Positions 23,068 to 33,369 of a stretch of 64,000 bases of DNA are shown here, piece by piece (position 1 is the first letter of the stretch; each line of letters starts with the position of its first letter). Source of the stretch: Mustelus asterias (taxonomy: Eukaryota). The stretch is taken from assembly GCF_964213995.1 (NCBI RefSeq), contig NW_027590242.1, positions 124,001 to 188,000 on the forward strand, in the 5' to 3' direction. Below the pieces are notes generated by a model. The model was not told where the DNA came from. It searched no databases and worked only from the letters and a program-made list of their open reading frames with translations. The position numbers were made by a program, and so were the translations under genes.

Positions 23068-24396
23068 AGTAAGAAGTTTAACAACACCAGGTTAAAGTCC
23101 AACAGGTTTATTTGGTAGCAAAAGCCACACAAGCTTTCGGAGCTCTAAGCCCCTTCTTCAGGTGAGTGGGAATTCTGTTCACAAACAGAATTTATAAAGA
23201 CACAGACTCAATTTACATGAATAATGGTTGGAATGCGAATACTTTCAACTAATCCAGTCTTTAAGAAACAAAACAATGGGAGTGGAGAGAGCATCAAGAC
23301 AGGCTAAAAAGATATGTATTGTCTCCAGACAAGACAGCCAGTGAAACTCTGCAGGTCCACGCAACTGTGGGAGTTACAAATATTGTGACATGAACCCAAT
23401 ATCCCGGTTGAGGCCGTCCTTGTGTGTGCGGAACTTGGCTATCAGTTTCTGCTCAGCGACTCTGCGCTGTCGTGTGTCGCGAAGGCCGCCTTGGAGAACG
23501 CTTACCCGAATATCAGAGGCCGAATGCCCATGACCGCTGAAGTGCTCCCCAACAGGAAGAGAACAGTCTTGCCTGGTGATTGTCGAGCGGTGTTCATTCA
23601 TCCGTTGTCGCAGCGTCTGCATAGTTTCCCCAATGTACCATGCCTCGGGACATCCTTTCTTGCAGCGTATCAGGTAGACAACGTTGGCCGAGTTGCAAGA
23701 GTATGTACCGTGTACCTGGTGGATGGTGTTCTCACGTGAGATGATGGCATCTGTGTCGATGATCCGGCACGTCTTGCAGAGGTTGCTGTGGCAGGGTTGT
23801 GTGGTGTCTTGGTCACTGTTCTCCTGAAGGCTGGGTAGTTTGCTGCGGACAATGGTCTGTTTGAGGTTGTGCGGTTGTTTGAAGGCAAGAAGTGGGGGTG
23901 TGGGGATGGCCTTGGATCTTCACCTTCAACAACCAGTTCTTCATCCAGACACACGGAACAGCCATGGGGACCAAATTTGCACCTCAATATGCCAACATCT
24001 TCATGCACAGGTTCGAACAAGACTTCTTCACCGCACGGGACCTTCAACCGATGCTATACACTAGATACATCGATGACATTTTCTTCCTTTGGACTCATGG
24101 TGAACAATCACTGAAACAACTCTATGATGACATCAACAAGTTCCATCCCACCATCAGGCTCACCATAGACTACTCTCCGGAATCGGTTGCATTCTTGGAC
24201 ACGCGCATCTCCATTAAGGACGGTCACCTCAGCACTTCACTGTTTGTGAACAGAATTCCCACTCACCTGAAGAAGGGGCTTAGAGCCTCGAAAGCTTGTG
24301 TGGCTTTTGCTACCAAATAAACCTGTTGGACTTTAACCTGGTGTTGTTAAACCTCTTACTGTGTTTACCCCAGTCCAACGCCGGCATCTCCACATC
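23068..24396. mobile_element. Rearranged Penelope-like element (inverted halves) with TSD
   Basis: Minus-strand GIY-YIG/3' part ~23068-23915 joined to a plus-strand RT piece (GTAMG, RYIDD) and terminal repeat; GTCACATGT(AG) duplicated at 23059 and 24397. Confidence 0.9.
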
Positions 24397-24680
24397 GTCA
24401 CATGTAGGCCAGAGGAATGCAGTTTTCCTTCCCTAAAGTACTTTAGTGAACTAGATTTTTAATTGTAGATTTTTTTTATTGAAATAGGTCTGCAGAACTT
24501 TAGCTGAGCTTCTGCATTAATCGTCTAGGGATAATACCACCAGGCCATCGTCTCCCCTGTTGTGAATATCAGAAAACACTGAAAATGTATGGAGGCACTG
24601 CAGAGTGAATCATGCTGTATTTAAAGAAGTTCAATGTTATTACCATTCTCTGCTCCGTTCACCCTGTGACTTTGCGGCAG

Positions 24681-24980
24681 TGTTTTGGTGCGGGGCTCCC
24701 TCTGGTTTCTGTCTCTGAGTCTCTCAGTCCGCAGTAATACACCGCGTGGCCAGACAGCCGCAGCTCACGGATGGTGAAATTCCCATTGTTTTTCGACCTG
24801 TCAATAGATGCAGAAAATCAGGTCCCCATGTCCTCTGCAAGGGAAATGTCTCCCTAATTCGAGACATAGTTCAAGAAGATGGGAGCTTTCTCTCGGTCCT
24901 TGCGGTACAATTGAATGTAATATGCACCAACTGCTCAGCAGTTGAACTTAATGGTCACCGAGTCTCCTTCAAACGTCAAG
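24681..24980 (-). pseudogene. V pseudogene with three stops and decayed RSS (CTCAGAG-23-ACCAAAACA)
   Basis: EGDSVTIKFNC*AVGAYYIQLYRK...*FSASIDRSKNNGNFTIRELRLSGHAVYYCGLRD; RSS 24681-24719. Confidence 0.85.
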
Positions 24981-25260
24981 CTGAATTGTGGATTGTGGTC
25001 GGTGCATACTCCATGGGCCGAATGGCCTCCTTTTACACTGTATAGTTTCTATGATTCGGTGAAGTTTTGGGAACCGGAGTTCGAATTCTAACACGATAGA
25101 CTAACTCAATTCAAGGGCAATTAGGGATGCCTGTAAATGAGTAAAGAAAATACTATCTATGCAACTTTTCCTCACTTAAACGAATAGGTTTTGAGAAAGT
25201 TTGCACCCGATTTTGAAAGGTCGGGCCAATATGTAAACATTGCTATATCTTGCAGTGTGT

Positions 25261-25333
25261 GGGTCAGTGGCGCAATGAATAACACGTTTAGCTACGGATT
25301 AGAAGTGTCCAGATTCGACTCCTGGCTGACACA
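25261..25333 (+). pseudogene. tRNA-Arg(ACG) pseudogene
   Basis: GGGTCAGTGGCGCAATGAATAACACG...CTACGGA...TTCGACTCCTGGCTG matches vertebrate tRNA-Arg(ACG) with many substitutions. Confidence 0.8.
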
Positions 25334-25784
25334 TGGGCACTTTTCAACAATAGTTCATTAACTCCACGTTAGTTTCAATGAACAAAACGTGTTTTCAGTA
25401 ACTTTAAACAAATGTTGACCAAATACAGTAAGCTTCTATGAAGAAATTTTTCCTGGGTGATTGTTTTTTTAAAGTTGACTATTTTAAGAAAAGTTCCACT
25501 CAAAAACTTTCATCAATTACTTTTAAACTAGTTTCTTTAAATGACGAATTCCCCTTAAATTGTGGTTGGTGCTGACTTGGTAGGCCGAATGGCCTCCTTC
25601 TACACTGCACGGGTTCTCTGGATTCTCTGGATTCATCGCAGTAACCGGCTCGTGGGACCGCGTCTGCAGCAGTGAAATCTGCAGAAATTTAGAAATATCG
25701 AACGTTAAGTTGATATTGTAACTAATAGCGTCAGGGAACGGATCACATTGTAAACCTCGATCAGGTCACCCTTCAACCTACTTT

Positions 25785-26320
25785 ATCTTGTCAAAGGCTT
25801 TACTGAAGTCCATGTATATAACATCTACTGCCTTTCCCTCATCTACCATCTTAGTCAGTTCCTCGAAAATCGCGATGAAGTTAGTGAGGCATGACCGCCC
25901 CTTCACAAAACCACGCTGTCTATCACTAATAAGTCTATTTGTTTCCAAATGTGATAAACCCTGTCCCTCAGAATATTTTCTAATAATTCCCTGGATTATC
26001 CCTGCTGCCCTTCTTACAAGGGTTGCTGCCATTCTGGAACTATCCTTCAGTCCTCTGGAACTTCACCTGTAGCCAGTGAGGATACAAAGATTACTGTCAA
26101 GGCCCCAGCAAATTCCGCCCTTGCCTCCCTCAGTTTTCTGCGATAGATCCCATCAAGCCCTGGGGGCTTACCTACTTTAATGTTTTTTTAAGACGCCCAA
26201 CACCTCCTCCTTTTCGATATCGAGATGACCCTGAATATCTACTCATCCAACCCTTGGCTCCTCATCTATCAAGTCCCTCTCTTTTGATGAATACTGAGGC
26301 AAAGTATTCATTTAGTATTT
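25785..26320 (-). mobile_element. CR1 LINE RT fragment
   Basis: GFVKGRSCLTNF...VDVIYMDFSKAFDK. Confidence 0.8.
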
Positions 26321-26324
26321 GGGA

Positions 26325-26970
26325 GAAAGAGTCGAGAGCTTCAAGTTTTTAGGTGCCCAGATCACCAACAACCTGTCCTGGTCCCCCCACGCCGACACTA
26401 TGGTTAAGAAAGCCCATTAACGCCTCTACTTTCTCAGAAGACGAAGGAAATTTGGCATGTCAGCTACTACTCTCACCAACCTTTACAGTTGGGCCATAGA
26501 AAGCATTCTTTCTCGTTGGATTACAGCTTGGTATGGCTCCTGCTCTGCCCAAAGCCGCAAGGAACTAGAAAAGGTCGTGAATGTAGTCCAATCCATCACG
26601 CAAACCAGCCTCCCATCCATTGAATCTGTCTACTCTTCCTGCTGCCTCGGCAAAGCAATCAGCATAATTAAGGATCCCACACACCGCGGACATTCTCTCT
26701 TCCACCTTCTTCTTTCGGAAGAAAGATACAAAAGTCTGAGTTCACGTACCAACCGACTCAAAAACAGCTTCTTCCCTGCTGCTGTCAGACTTTTGAATGG
26801 ACTTACCTTGCATTAAGTTGATCTTTCTCTACACTCTAGCTATGACTATAATCGTACATTCTGCACTCTCTCGTTTCCTTCTCTATGAATGGTATGTCTT
26901 GTCTGTATTGCGCGCAAGAAACAATACTTTCACTGTATGTTAATACATGTGACAATAATAAATCAAATTA
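26325..26970 (+). mobile_element. Rex1/Babar-type LINE 3' end
   Basis: ORF 26457..26816 (AIESILS..ITAWYG..RTNRLKNSFFPAAVRLLN); 3'UTR shared with 36800-36981. Confidence 0.85.
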
Positions 26971-26996
26971 CAACATCTGACTTGGAGACAACGAAA

Positions 26997-27086
26997 GGGC
27001 TCGTCCACGATTTGAACCCGGGACCCCTTGCATGCTCATCAACTGAAATTCCCTAAGCGCGAATCAGACCCCTGCACCAACGAAAC
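26997..27086 (-). pseudogene. tRNA-Pro(AGG) pseudogene with an 18-nt intron-like insert at position 37/38
   Basis: GTTTCGTTGGTGCAGGGGTCTGATTCGCGCTTAGGG[AATTTCAGTTGATGAGCA]TGCAAGGGGTCCCGGGTTCAAATCGTGGACGAGCCC. Confidence 0.8.
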
Positions 27087-27087
27087 T

Positions 27088-27250
27088 GATATGGAGATGC
27101 CGGCGTTGGACTGGGGTAAGCACAGTAAGAAGTCTCACAACACCAGGTTAAAGTCCAACAGGTTTATTTGGTAGCAAATACCATAAGCTTTCGGAGCACA
27201 GCTCCTTCGTCAGATGGAGTGGATATCTGTTCTCCAACAGTGCACAGAAA
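27088..27250 (-). mobile_element. Penelope terminal-repeat fragment (related subfamily)
   Basis: Reverse complement of the 32300-32397-type end, with a variant hammerhead at 27181-27217. Confidence 0.8.
27181..27217 (-). ncRNA. Minimal hammerhead ribozyme motif (Penelope-associated)
   Basis: CCAT-CTGACGA-A-GGAGC-TGT-GCTCC-GAAA-GCTT-ATGG: core boxes, stem I CCAT/ATGG, stem II GGAGC/GCTCC. Confidence 0.7.
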
Positions 27251-27400
27251 CTGCACATAAGCAAGCATTAAAATATAACTCATTTATCTTTCTCCAAAGC
27301 AGTTCTGACACCTCCAGTGAAAGACGAAATTGTTGAAAAAACTCACCGCATCAGCATTTGTGGACTTAAAGCTCCAGCGAAATATCCGCCCAATATTGTT

Positions 27401-27738
27401 ATAGAAACATAGAAACCCTACAGTGCAGAAGGAGGCCATTCGGCCCATCGAGTCTGCACCGACCACAATCCCACCCAGGCCCTCCCCCCACATATTTTAC
27501 CCGCTAATCCCTCTAACCTACGCATCCCAGGACTCTAAGGGACAATTTTTAACCTGGCCAATCAACCTAACCCGCACATCTTTGGACTGTGGGAGGAAAC
27601 CGGAGCACCCGGAGGAAACCCACGCAGACACGAGGAGAATGTGCAAACTCCACACAGACAGTGACCCGAGCCGGGAATCGAACCCGGGACCCTGGAGCTG
27701 TGAAGCAGCAGTGCTAACCACTGTGCTACCGTGCCGCC
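27401..27738 (-). mobile_element. HE1-type shark SINE, full length
   Basis: tRNA-like head GGCACGGTAGCACAGTGG...GGTTCGATTCCCGG; CR1-like 3' tail ending TTTCTATGTTTCTAT. Confidence 0.9.
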
Positions 27739-28155
27739 CTCGACTGTCTGCAGCTGGGGGCTTTTGTTTATAAAGTACACATGTTACAGTCAATATTTTA
27801 ACCCAGCGACTTCAACATGTGACAACTCTGAGGCAGCCTTTGATATTTGATCACTTTTGAAAGGTGTGGTCTGTCACAGTTAACTGATCTGGAACATTTA
27901 AAATACAGATTGATGGCCTTGTTCTCTTGGGAGATCTGCGGGTTTGTGTCAATGGGGTCGGGAAACGATTGGATTTGATCTGATATTAATATGAGTAAAA
28001 ATATGTCAAATTTCTCAACATTGACAATGATTAACCTCAGTGAGGGAAAGCACTCAGACGGGGCCTAATTGTCACGTTCACTATGAGTAATTATTCTCTG
28101 AAGTTTAACCCCATGTGTTGTCCTGACAATGAATCATTGATTATCGACCTGTGCC

Positions 28156-28194
28156 AGATTTTGAATGAGGCCCGCGGGAGCCTCATTCACTGTG
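28156..28194 (-). other. 23-RSS (CACAGTG-23-TCAAAATCT) with near-palindromic spacer
   Basis: Heptamer 28188-28194, spacer 28165-28187, degenerate nonamer 28156-28164. Confidence 0.8.
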
Positions 28195-28659
28195 GCTCTC
28201 AGTGCACAGTAATAATCGGCGCTGTCTGTCACCTTCAAATCTTGCATGGACAAGTGAAAAGTGCTTTGTTTCAAGTTGAGATTCCCGCTGAAGTGTTCAA
28301 AGCCTGGAGCCGTATCGGTAAATGAGCGGCTCTGAGCAGTTAATGAGGAGTTCGGTGTGTATACTGGCGATACCAGAACAGGTAATATTGTATAGCTGTA
28401 CTCGGTCCCGAGTAACTGCAGGGTATTGCTGAATCTTCACCCTCTGCTGCTTGAACTCCTGGTTCTGACTGGGACACTGAGTCACCGTTACTCATCTCTG
28501 AAAATAGACAACAGACCCGCAGCGGGTTAGAAGGAGTAACAACAACGGAATAATCACCTCGAGATAGAAATGGGGAATGAATATGGTGACTGGCGGATTT
28601 CACGCAGAAGTTCAAAATGACAAACCTGTAATCAGAGTAAGAAAGAGTTTCGCCCCCAT
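28195..28659 (-). pseudogene. V pseudogene (stop/frameshift after FR2); V exon 28195-28497, tentative short leader 28626-28659
   Basis: MSNGDSVSQSEP...PCSY...LFWYRQYTHRTPH*, then in another frame FSGNLNLKQSTFHLSMQDLKVTDSADYYCALRA. Confidence 0.88.
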
Positions 28660-28848
28660 GGTTCGAGTCTGAACACCAGAAACAGAGAGTCATCACTGCC
28701 TGCATCAGATCTGCAATTAGAGAAGTTGAAACAGTCAGTGGGATGTTATGAGGTCGAAGGTGACTCCCTCTCTCCGCCCATTTTTACATCTTCAAACAGG
28801 CGCTTACTTCCATTAGAAGGGGATCGTGATATTTCATAAGTGATCAGA

Positions 28849-28867
28849 GAGCGCCCTCCCGTGGACA
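28849..28867 (-). promoter_or_regulatory. CTCF-like site upstream of a V pseudogene promoter
   Basis: Minus strand TGTCCACGGGAGGGCGCTC, ~190 bp upstream of the tentative leader ATG. Confidence 0.5.
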
Positions 28868-28932
28868 GCACGGCCGCATATTGGAAACAGGTACACACAC
28901 GGCCACCTGCAAAGACTGATACATATCTAGGT

Positions 28933-29160
28933 AATAGAATCATAGAACCCCTACAGTACAGAAGGAGGCCATTCGGCCCACAGAGTCTGTACCGATCACA
29001 AGCCCACCCAGGCCCTATTCCCATAACCTCATACATTTACCCCGCTAATCCCCTGACACTAGGGTCAATTTAGCATGGCCAATCAAACTAACCTGCACAT
29101 CTTTGGACCGTGGGAGGAAACCGAAGCACCCGAGGAAACCCATTCGGACACGGGGAGAGC
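28933..29160 (-). mobile_element. HE1-type SINE, partial
   Basis: Similar to 27401-27640. Confidence 0.8.
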
Positions 29161-30032
29161 AGATACACACACGGCCACATGCAAAGACCAGCATGTATAA
29201 GGATATACAACCATATAGATATATGCTCAGACAGTGACATCAATTCTAACGTCCCTCGTTATAAATCCAGAATTATTCTGCAAATTTCTGACACATTAGT
29301 CTGAGTTGCGAACTATGGAAATACATGAATAACTCCAACTCCGTGTTCACGAGAAGCCTCGTGAACCGCACAGAATCAACAAAAGCATAGACACAGGGAC
29401 AAGTAAACACAGTGATCGATTCTCAAACTGATCGGCTCAAACATAGACACACAGACAATCACTAAGGAAGATAAACAAACAGATTAACGCAGCCACTGAC
29501 ACACTCAAGAGAAGTGCACTCACTGACAATCCCAAAAGCGTCCTAGCTCCAGAGTAACTTTCTGAACTGGAATTCCCGAGGGTCGTGTCGGTGCGGCAAT
29601 ATCGTGTTAGATATTCATTGCGATGGAACTGTCCATTTTAGCAACAGGAACAGCCAGAAATCTGTTTCTCATCAATGGTGGACACTTTTGGAGAATAAGC
29701 AATAATGGATGTATTTATTTTTACACAGTAAGAAGTTTAACAACACCAGGTTAAAGTCCAACAGGTTTATTTGGTAGCAAAAGCCACACAAGCTTTCGGA
29801 GCTCTAAGCCCCTTCTTCAGGTGAGTGGGAATTCTGTTCACAAACAGAGCTTATAAAGACACAAACTCAATTTACATGAATAATGGTTGGAATGCGAATA
29901 CTTACAACGAATCAAGTCTTTAAGAAACAAAACAATGTGAGTGGAGAGAGCATCAAGACAGGCCAAAAAGATGAGTATTGTCTGCAGACAAGACAGCCAG
30001 TGAAACTCTGCAGGTCCAGGCAACTGTGGGGG

Positions 30033-32123
30033 TTACAAATAGTGTGACATGAACCCAATATCCCGTTTGAGGCCGTCCTCGTGTGTGCGGAACTTGGCTA
30101 TCAGTTTCTGCTCAGCGACTCTGCGCTGTCGTGTGTTGCGAAGGCCGCCTTGGAGAACGCTTACCCGAATATCAGAGGCCGAATGCCCGTGACCGCTGAA
30201 GTGCTCCCCAACAGGAAGAGAACAGTCTTGCCTGGTGATTGTCGAGCGGTGTTCATTCATCCGTTGTCGCAGCGTCTGCATAGTTTCCCCAATGTACCAT
30301 GCCTCGGGACATCCTTTCTTGCAGCGTATCAGGTAGACAACGTTAGCCGAATTGCAAGAGTATGTACCGTGTACCTGGTGGATGGTGTTCTCACGTGAGA
30401 TGATGGCATCTGTGTCGATGATCCGGCACGTCTTGCAGAGGTTGCTGTGGCAGGGTTGTGTGGTGTCATGGTCACTGTTCTCCTGAAGGCTGGGTAGTTT
30501 GCTGAGGACAATGGTCTGTTTGAGGTTGTGCGGTTGTTTGAAGGCAAGAAGTGGGGGTGTGGGGATGGCCTTGGCGAGATGTTCGTCTTCATCAATGACA
30601 TGTTGAAGGCTCCGGAGGAGATGCCGTAGCTTCTCCGCTCCGGGGAAGTACTGGACAACAAAGGGTACTCTGTGCACTGTGTCCCGTGTGTTTCTTCTGA
30701 GGAGGTCGGTGCGGTTTTTCGCTGTGGCGCGTCGGAACTGTTCATCAATGAGTCGAGCATCATATCCTGTTCTTATGAGGGCATCTTTCAGCGTCTGGAG
30801 GTGTCTGTTGCGATCCTCCTCATCCGAGCAGATCCTGTGTATACGGAGGGCTTGTCCGTAGGGGATGGCTTCTTTAACGTGTTTAGGGTGGAAGCTGGAG
30901 AAGTGGAACATCGTGAGGTTATCCGTGGGCTTGCGGTACAGTGAGGTGCTGAGGTGACCGTCCTTAATGGAGATGCCTGTGTCCAAGAATGCAACCAATT
31001 CCGGAGAGTAGTCTATGATGAGTCTGACGGTGGGATGGAATTTGTTGATGTCATCATAGAGTTGTTTCAGTGATTGTTCACCATGAGTCCAATGGAAGAA
31101 AATGTCATCGATGTATCTAGTGTATAGCATCGGTTGAAGGTCCCGTCCGGTGAAGAAGTCTTGTTCGAACCTGTGCATGAAGATGTTGGCATATTGAGGT
31201 GCGAATGTGGTCCCCATGGCTGTTCCGTGTGTCTGGATGAAGAACTGGTTGTTGACGGTGAAGATGTTGTGGTCCAGGATGAAGCGGATGAGTCGTAAAA
31301 TTGCATCTGGAAACTGGCAGTTGTTGGCGCTGAGCACTGAGGCCGTTGCAGCAATGCCATCGTCATGGGGGATGCTGGTGTAGAGTCCCGAGACATCCAT
31401 TGTGACGAGGAGCGCTCCTGGTTCAACTGCTCCATGTGTGCCGAGTTTCTGTAGGAAGTCCGTCGTGTCGCGACAAAAGCTGGGGGTTCTTTGTACAATG
31501 GGTTTCAGGATGCCCTCGACATAGCCGGAGAGGATCTCGCACAGGGTTCCGTTTCATGAAACGATGGGACGGCCGGGTGTGTTTGCCTTGTTTATCTTCG
31601 GGAGGCAGTAGAGATCTCCAACGCGGGGAGTATGTAGGATGAGAGCACGGAGGGTGTTCTGTTGGTCCGGATCAAAGGTCTTGATCAGAGTGTTGAGTTG
31701 ACGGGTGTGTTCTTTGGTCGGATCTGCAGGTAACTGTCTGTAGTGTTCCTCGTTGTTTAGTTGTCGGTACACTTCTTTGCAGTAATCCGTTCTGTTCAGT
31801 ATGACGATGGCCCCTCCTTTGTCTGCTGGTTTGATGACAATGTTGCGGTTGGTCTTGAGAGCGTGGATGGCGTTACGTTGTGCTTGGGTGATGTTCGGGG
31901 CTACCTTGTGAGTGCGGCTGATGAATTTGGTGTTGACGCACCTCCTGACGGCTTGGGCATACATGTCAAGTCGAGGGCAGCGGCCTTCCGGAGGAGTCCA
32001 ATTCGACTCTTTCCTCTTCGGATGCACTGCGGATCTCTCTGTCGGCTGTTCCGGTTCATTAGCTATCTCATTGTGTTCGTTGTTGGCCTCTTGGGGTTTG
32101 TGGAAGAACTCCCTCAGCCTCAT
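30033..32123 (-). pseudogene. Penelope RT + GIY-YIG endonuclease ORF, disrupted (31554..32123 and 30033..31400)
   Basis: IKPADKGG, GRPIVS, DVSGLYTSI, GTAMG, RYIDD, VVYLIRC..WYIGET..LRQRMNEH. Confidence 0.9.
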
Positions 32124-32264
32124 TCGCTTGATGAATTCCTCTGTGTCTGCTGCGAGACTGATGGGGTCTATTTTGGTGGTGGGGCAAAAATTAAGCCCTT
32201 GGCTTAATTCATGTAAATTGAGTTTGTGTCTTTATATGCTCTGTTTGTGAACAGAATTCCCACT

Positions 32265-32301
32265 CACCTGAAGAAGGGGCTTAGAGCTCCGAAAGCTTGT
32301 G
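32265..32301 (+). ncRNA. Minimal hammerhead ribozyme motif in Penelope terminal repeat
   Basis: CAC-CTGAAGA-A-GGGGC-TTAGA-GCTCC-GAAA-GCTT-GTG; further copies at ~24264-24300 (+), ~23129-23165 (-), ~29787-29823 (-). Confidence 0.65.
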
Positions 32302-32444
32302 TGGCTTTTGCTACCAAATAAACCTGTTGGACTTTAACCTGGTGTTGTTAAACTTCTTACTGTGTTTACCCCAGTCCAACGCCGGCATCTCCACATCATT
32401 TATTTTTACAGCCAAACACATTCTGGATGTGTCCGTATCATGTT

Positions 32445-32734
32445 TAAAGTTTATTTATTAGAGTCACAAAAGTAGGATTAAGTTAATACTGCAATGAAGT
32501 TACTGTGAAAATCCCCTAGTCGCCACACTCCGCCACCTGTTCGGGGACACTAAGGGAGAAATTTAGCATGGCAATGCACCGAACCAGCACGTATTTCGGA
32601 CTGTGGGAGGAAACTGGAGCAAATCCACACAGACACGGGAAGAACGTGCAAACTCCACACAGAACCAAGCCAGGAATCGAACCCGGGTCCCTGGCGCTGT
32701 GAGGCAGCAGTGTGCCACTGTGCCACCGTGCCAC
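32445..32734 (-). mobile_element. tRNA-derived shark SINE (second 3'-tail type)
   Basis: HE1-like head with a different tail, shared with 50445-50715. Confidence 0.8.
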
Positions 32735-33369
32735 CCCGTGTGAGGTCGGTGTAGGTAAGACAGATTCCCCACCCATTCTCGAGGTTGTCAGATCGGATGT
32801 TCGGGACAACTCAAGGAAACTGCTTCAGGTATAGGTGATTCATTCTCCTCTGTTATATTCCACACTCTGTGGAAAGTTGTGGAGTTAATGTAGTTATATT
32901 AGATATGATTCCGAAATAGTGAGGAGATGCTTCATCCGATTAAAGTCGTTTTGCAAATTTGATATGAAATCAATTGCTTAAATAAATATATGTTTACATT
33001 GAAAGCTATATTGGGAAGCTATATCCAATACTTCATGCCATCGAGTCAGGGAAACGTTGTTACTTAAAGCAAACTGTACAAGGATTCCACAGAAACTCCT
33101 TCTTCAAATGGGGATTGGACAATGACTTGAAAGGGAGAAAAATCAGCTTCATGGAATGAGAGGAGGAAATTGAAATGAGAACAAAGAACAGTGCAGCACA
33201 GGAACAGGCCCTTCGGCCCACCAAGCCCGCACCGACACGTCAGTTTGGTAGCTCGTCATAAAATAATTGGCATAGGCATGGTGGGTCGAAGGGCCTCTTA
33301 TTGTTCTTTGCCATTGCCAACCATTTTCAATCATTACAACAATCTGAGGTCCCTATCTGCTTCAGGAAG

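Larger units (their letters stand above)
29726..32397 (-). mobile_element. Penelope-like element with inverted terminal repeats and 13-bp TSD
   Basis: RT + GIY-YIG ORFs; 29726-29880 inverted at ~32208-32362; ATTTATTTTTACA at 29713-29725 and 32398-32410. Confidence 0.93.
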
